Assembly: GCA_015231965.1 (NCBI GenBank)
Contig: JADGAP010000037.1
Coordinates: 1-24,000 of the forward strand
Length of the DNA: 24,000 nucleotides
Reading direction: 5' to 3'
Source of the DNA: Magnetococcales bacterium
GTDB lineage: Bacteria > Pseudomonadota > Magnetococcia > Magnetococcales > JADGAP01
This document shows, piece after piece, positions 23,206-24,000 of the stretch. The notes under the pieces are model-generated. The model did not search any database and had not been told where the DNA came from. It worked only from the letters and a program-made list of their open reading frames with translations. How positions within the stretch are numbered: the stretch's first letter is position 1; each line of letters begins with the position of its first letter. The translations under genes were made by a program, and so were the position numbers.

Positions 23206-24000
23206 TTACCGGTCGGTCAGCACCGCGAGGCCGGGCAGTTCCCGCCCCTCCAGAAGTTCCAGGAACGCCCCGCCGCCGGTGGAAATGTGGGAGATGCGGG
23301 AGGCCACCCCCGCCTGTTCCACCGCCGCCACCGTGTCCCCGCCCCCCACCACGGTCAAGCCGGAGTGGGCCGCCACGACCCGCGCCAGGGCCATGCTCCC
23401 CGCGGCGAAGGCGGGCCGCTCGAAGACCCCCGGGGGGCCGTTCCAGACGATGGTCCGGCAGCCGTTCAAGACGTTGGTGAAGGCCTCGATGGTCTTGGGG
23501 CCGATGTCCAAACCCATCCAGCCGTCGGCAATGGCGTCGCCCTCGTTGACCCGGGCCTCGGACTCCCGGTCGAGGGCCGGGGCGATGATCGCGTCCACCG
23601 GCAGATGGAACCCAACCCCCCGCTGGCGGGCCGTTTCCAGGGCCTGCAAGGCCACCGGCAGCATCTCCTCCTCCACCAGCGAGCCCCCCACCGGACGCCC
23701 CATCGCCTTGAGAAAGGTGAAGGCCATCCCCCCGCCGATGAGCAGGTGATCCACCTGCCGGGTCAAGGATTCGATCACCGCCAACTTGGTGGAGACCTTG
23801 GAGCCCCCCAACATCGCCGCAACCGGACGTTCCGGCGAACGCAGGCTTTTTTCAAAGGCGTTGATCTCTGCCTCCAGCAGCAACCCCGCCGCCACCGGCT
23901 GAACATATTGAGCGATGCCGAAGTTGGAGGCGTGCCCCCGATGGGCCGCGCCGAAGGCGTCGTTGATCACCACATCGGCCAGTTTGGCCAGGGCCTGGGC
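23206..24000 (-). CDS. pgk: phosphoglycerate kinase, C-terminal ~265 codons (the 5' end lies outside the window)
   Basis: ...VVINDAFGAAHRGHASN...ERPVAAMLGGSKVSTKLAVIESL...LLIGGGMAFTFLKA...VWNGPPGVFE...VVGGGDTVAAV...HISTGGGAFLELLEG are the canonical PGK motifs. The frame stays open to the window edge, and the M at 23973 is an internal GTG Val. Confidence 0.95.
   Translation of the reverse strand, partial: AQALAKLADVVINDAFGAAHRGHASNFGIAQYVQPVAAGLLLEAEINAFEKSLRSPERPVAAMLGGSKVSTKLAVIESLTRQVDHLLIGGGMAFTFLKAMGRPVGGSLVEEEMLPVALQALETARQRGVGFHLPVDAIIAPALDRESEARVNEGDAIADGWMGLDIGPKTIEAFTNVLNGCRTIVWNGPPGVFERPAFAAGSMALARVVAAHSGLTVVGGGDTVAAVEQAGVASRISHISTGGGAFLELLEGRELPGLAVLTDR

Overview
GC-rich chromosomal window, most likely from a ubiquinone-making proteobacterium, since it carries a ubiE-ubiJ-ubiB operon. 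Recognisable core genes: the 3' end of an FGE/SUMF1-domain gene; an orphan CheY-like receiver transcribed divergently from a REC-PAS-AAA+-HTH sigma54 activator; a CDGSH iron-sulfur protein; MtfA-type peptidase M90; ubiE/ubiJ/ubiB; a Maf/DUF115-TPR protein; a bifunctional class II aldolase/SDR; a B12-binding radical SAM enzyme overlapping an FkbM methyltransferase; an APH-fold kinase; and the 3' part of pgk. Between these lie visibly AT-richer or repeat-rich accessory segments. (i) A packed three-ORF cluster of unknown function (321-1391). (ii) A translationally coupled pair (5645-7155) of a GS...DxD nucleotidyltransferase-like protein and an unrecognisable 310-aa protein. (iii) A small islet (15.3-18.7 kb) holding a MITE-like element, two RelE/ParE-family toxin-antitoxin modules in opposite gene order, a fragment of a second antitoxin copy, REP-like hairpins and a strongly AT-rich orphan gene for a 4-TM protein. 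(iv) A 177-bp palindromic element, a pair of about 100-nt direct repeats, and a truncated IS5-family remnant. The best candidates for an undescribed system are the nucleotidyltransferase pair and the AT-rich membrane protein bracketed by TA modules. Both are inferences from motifs, composition and context only. Many long ORFs in the supplied track are antisense or off-frame artefacts of high GC content and are rejected.
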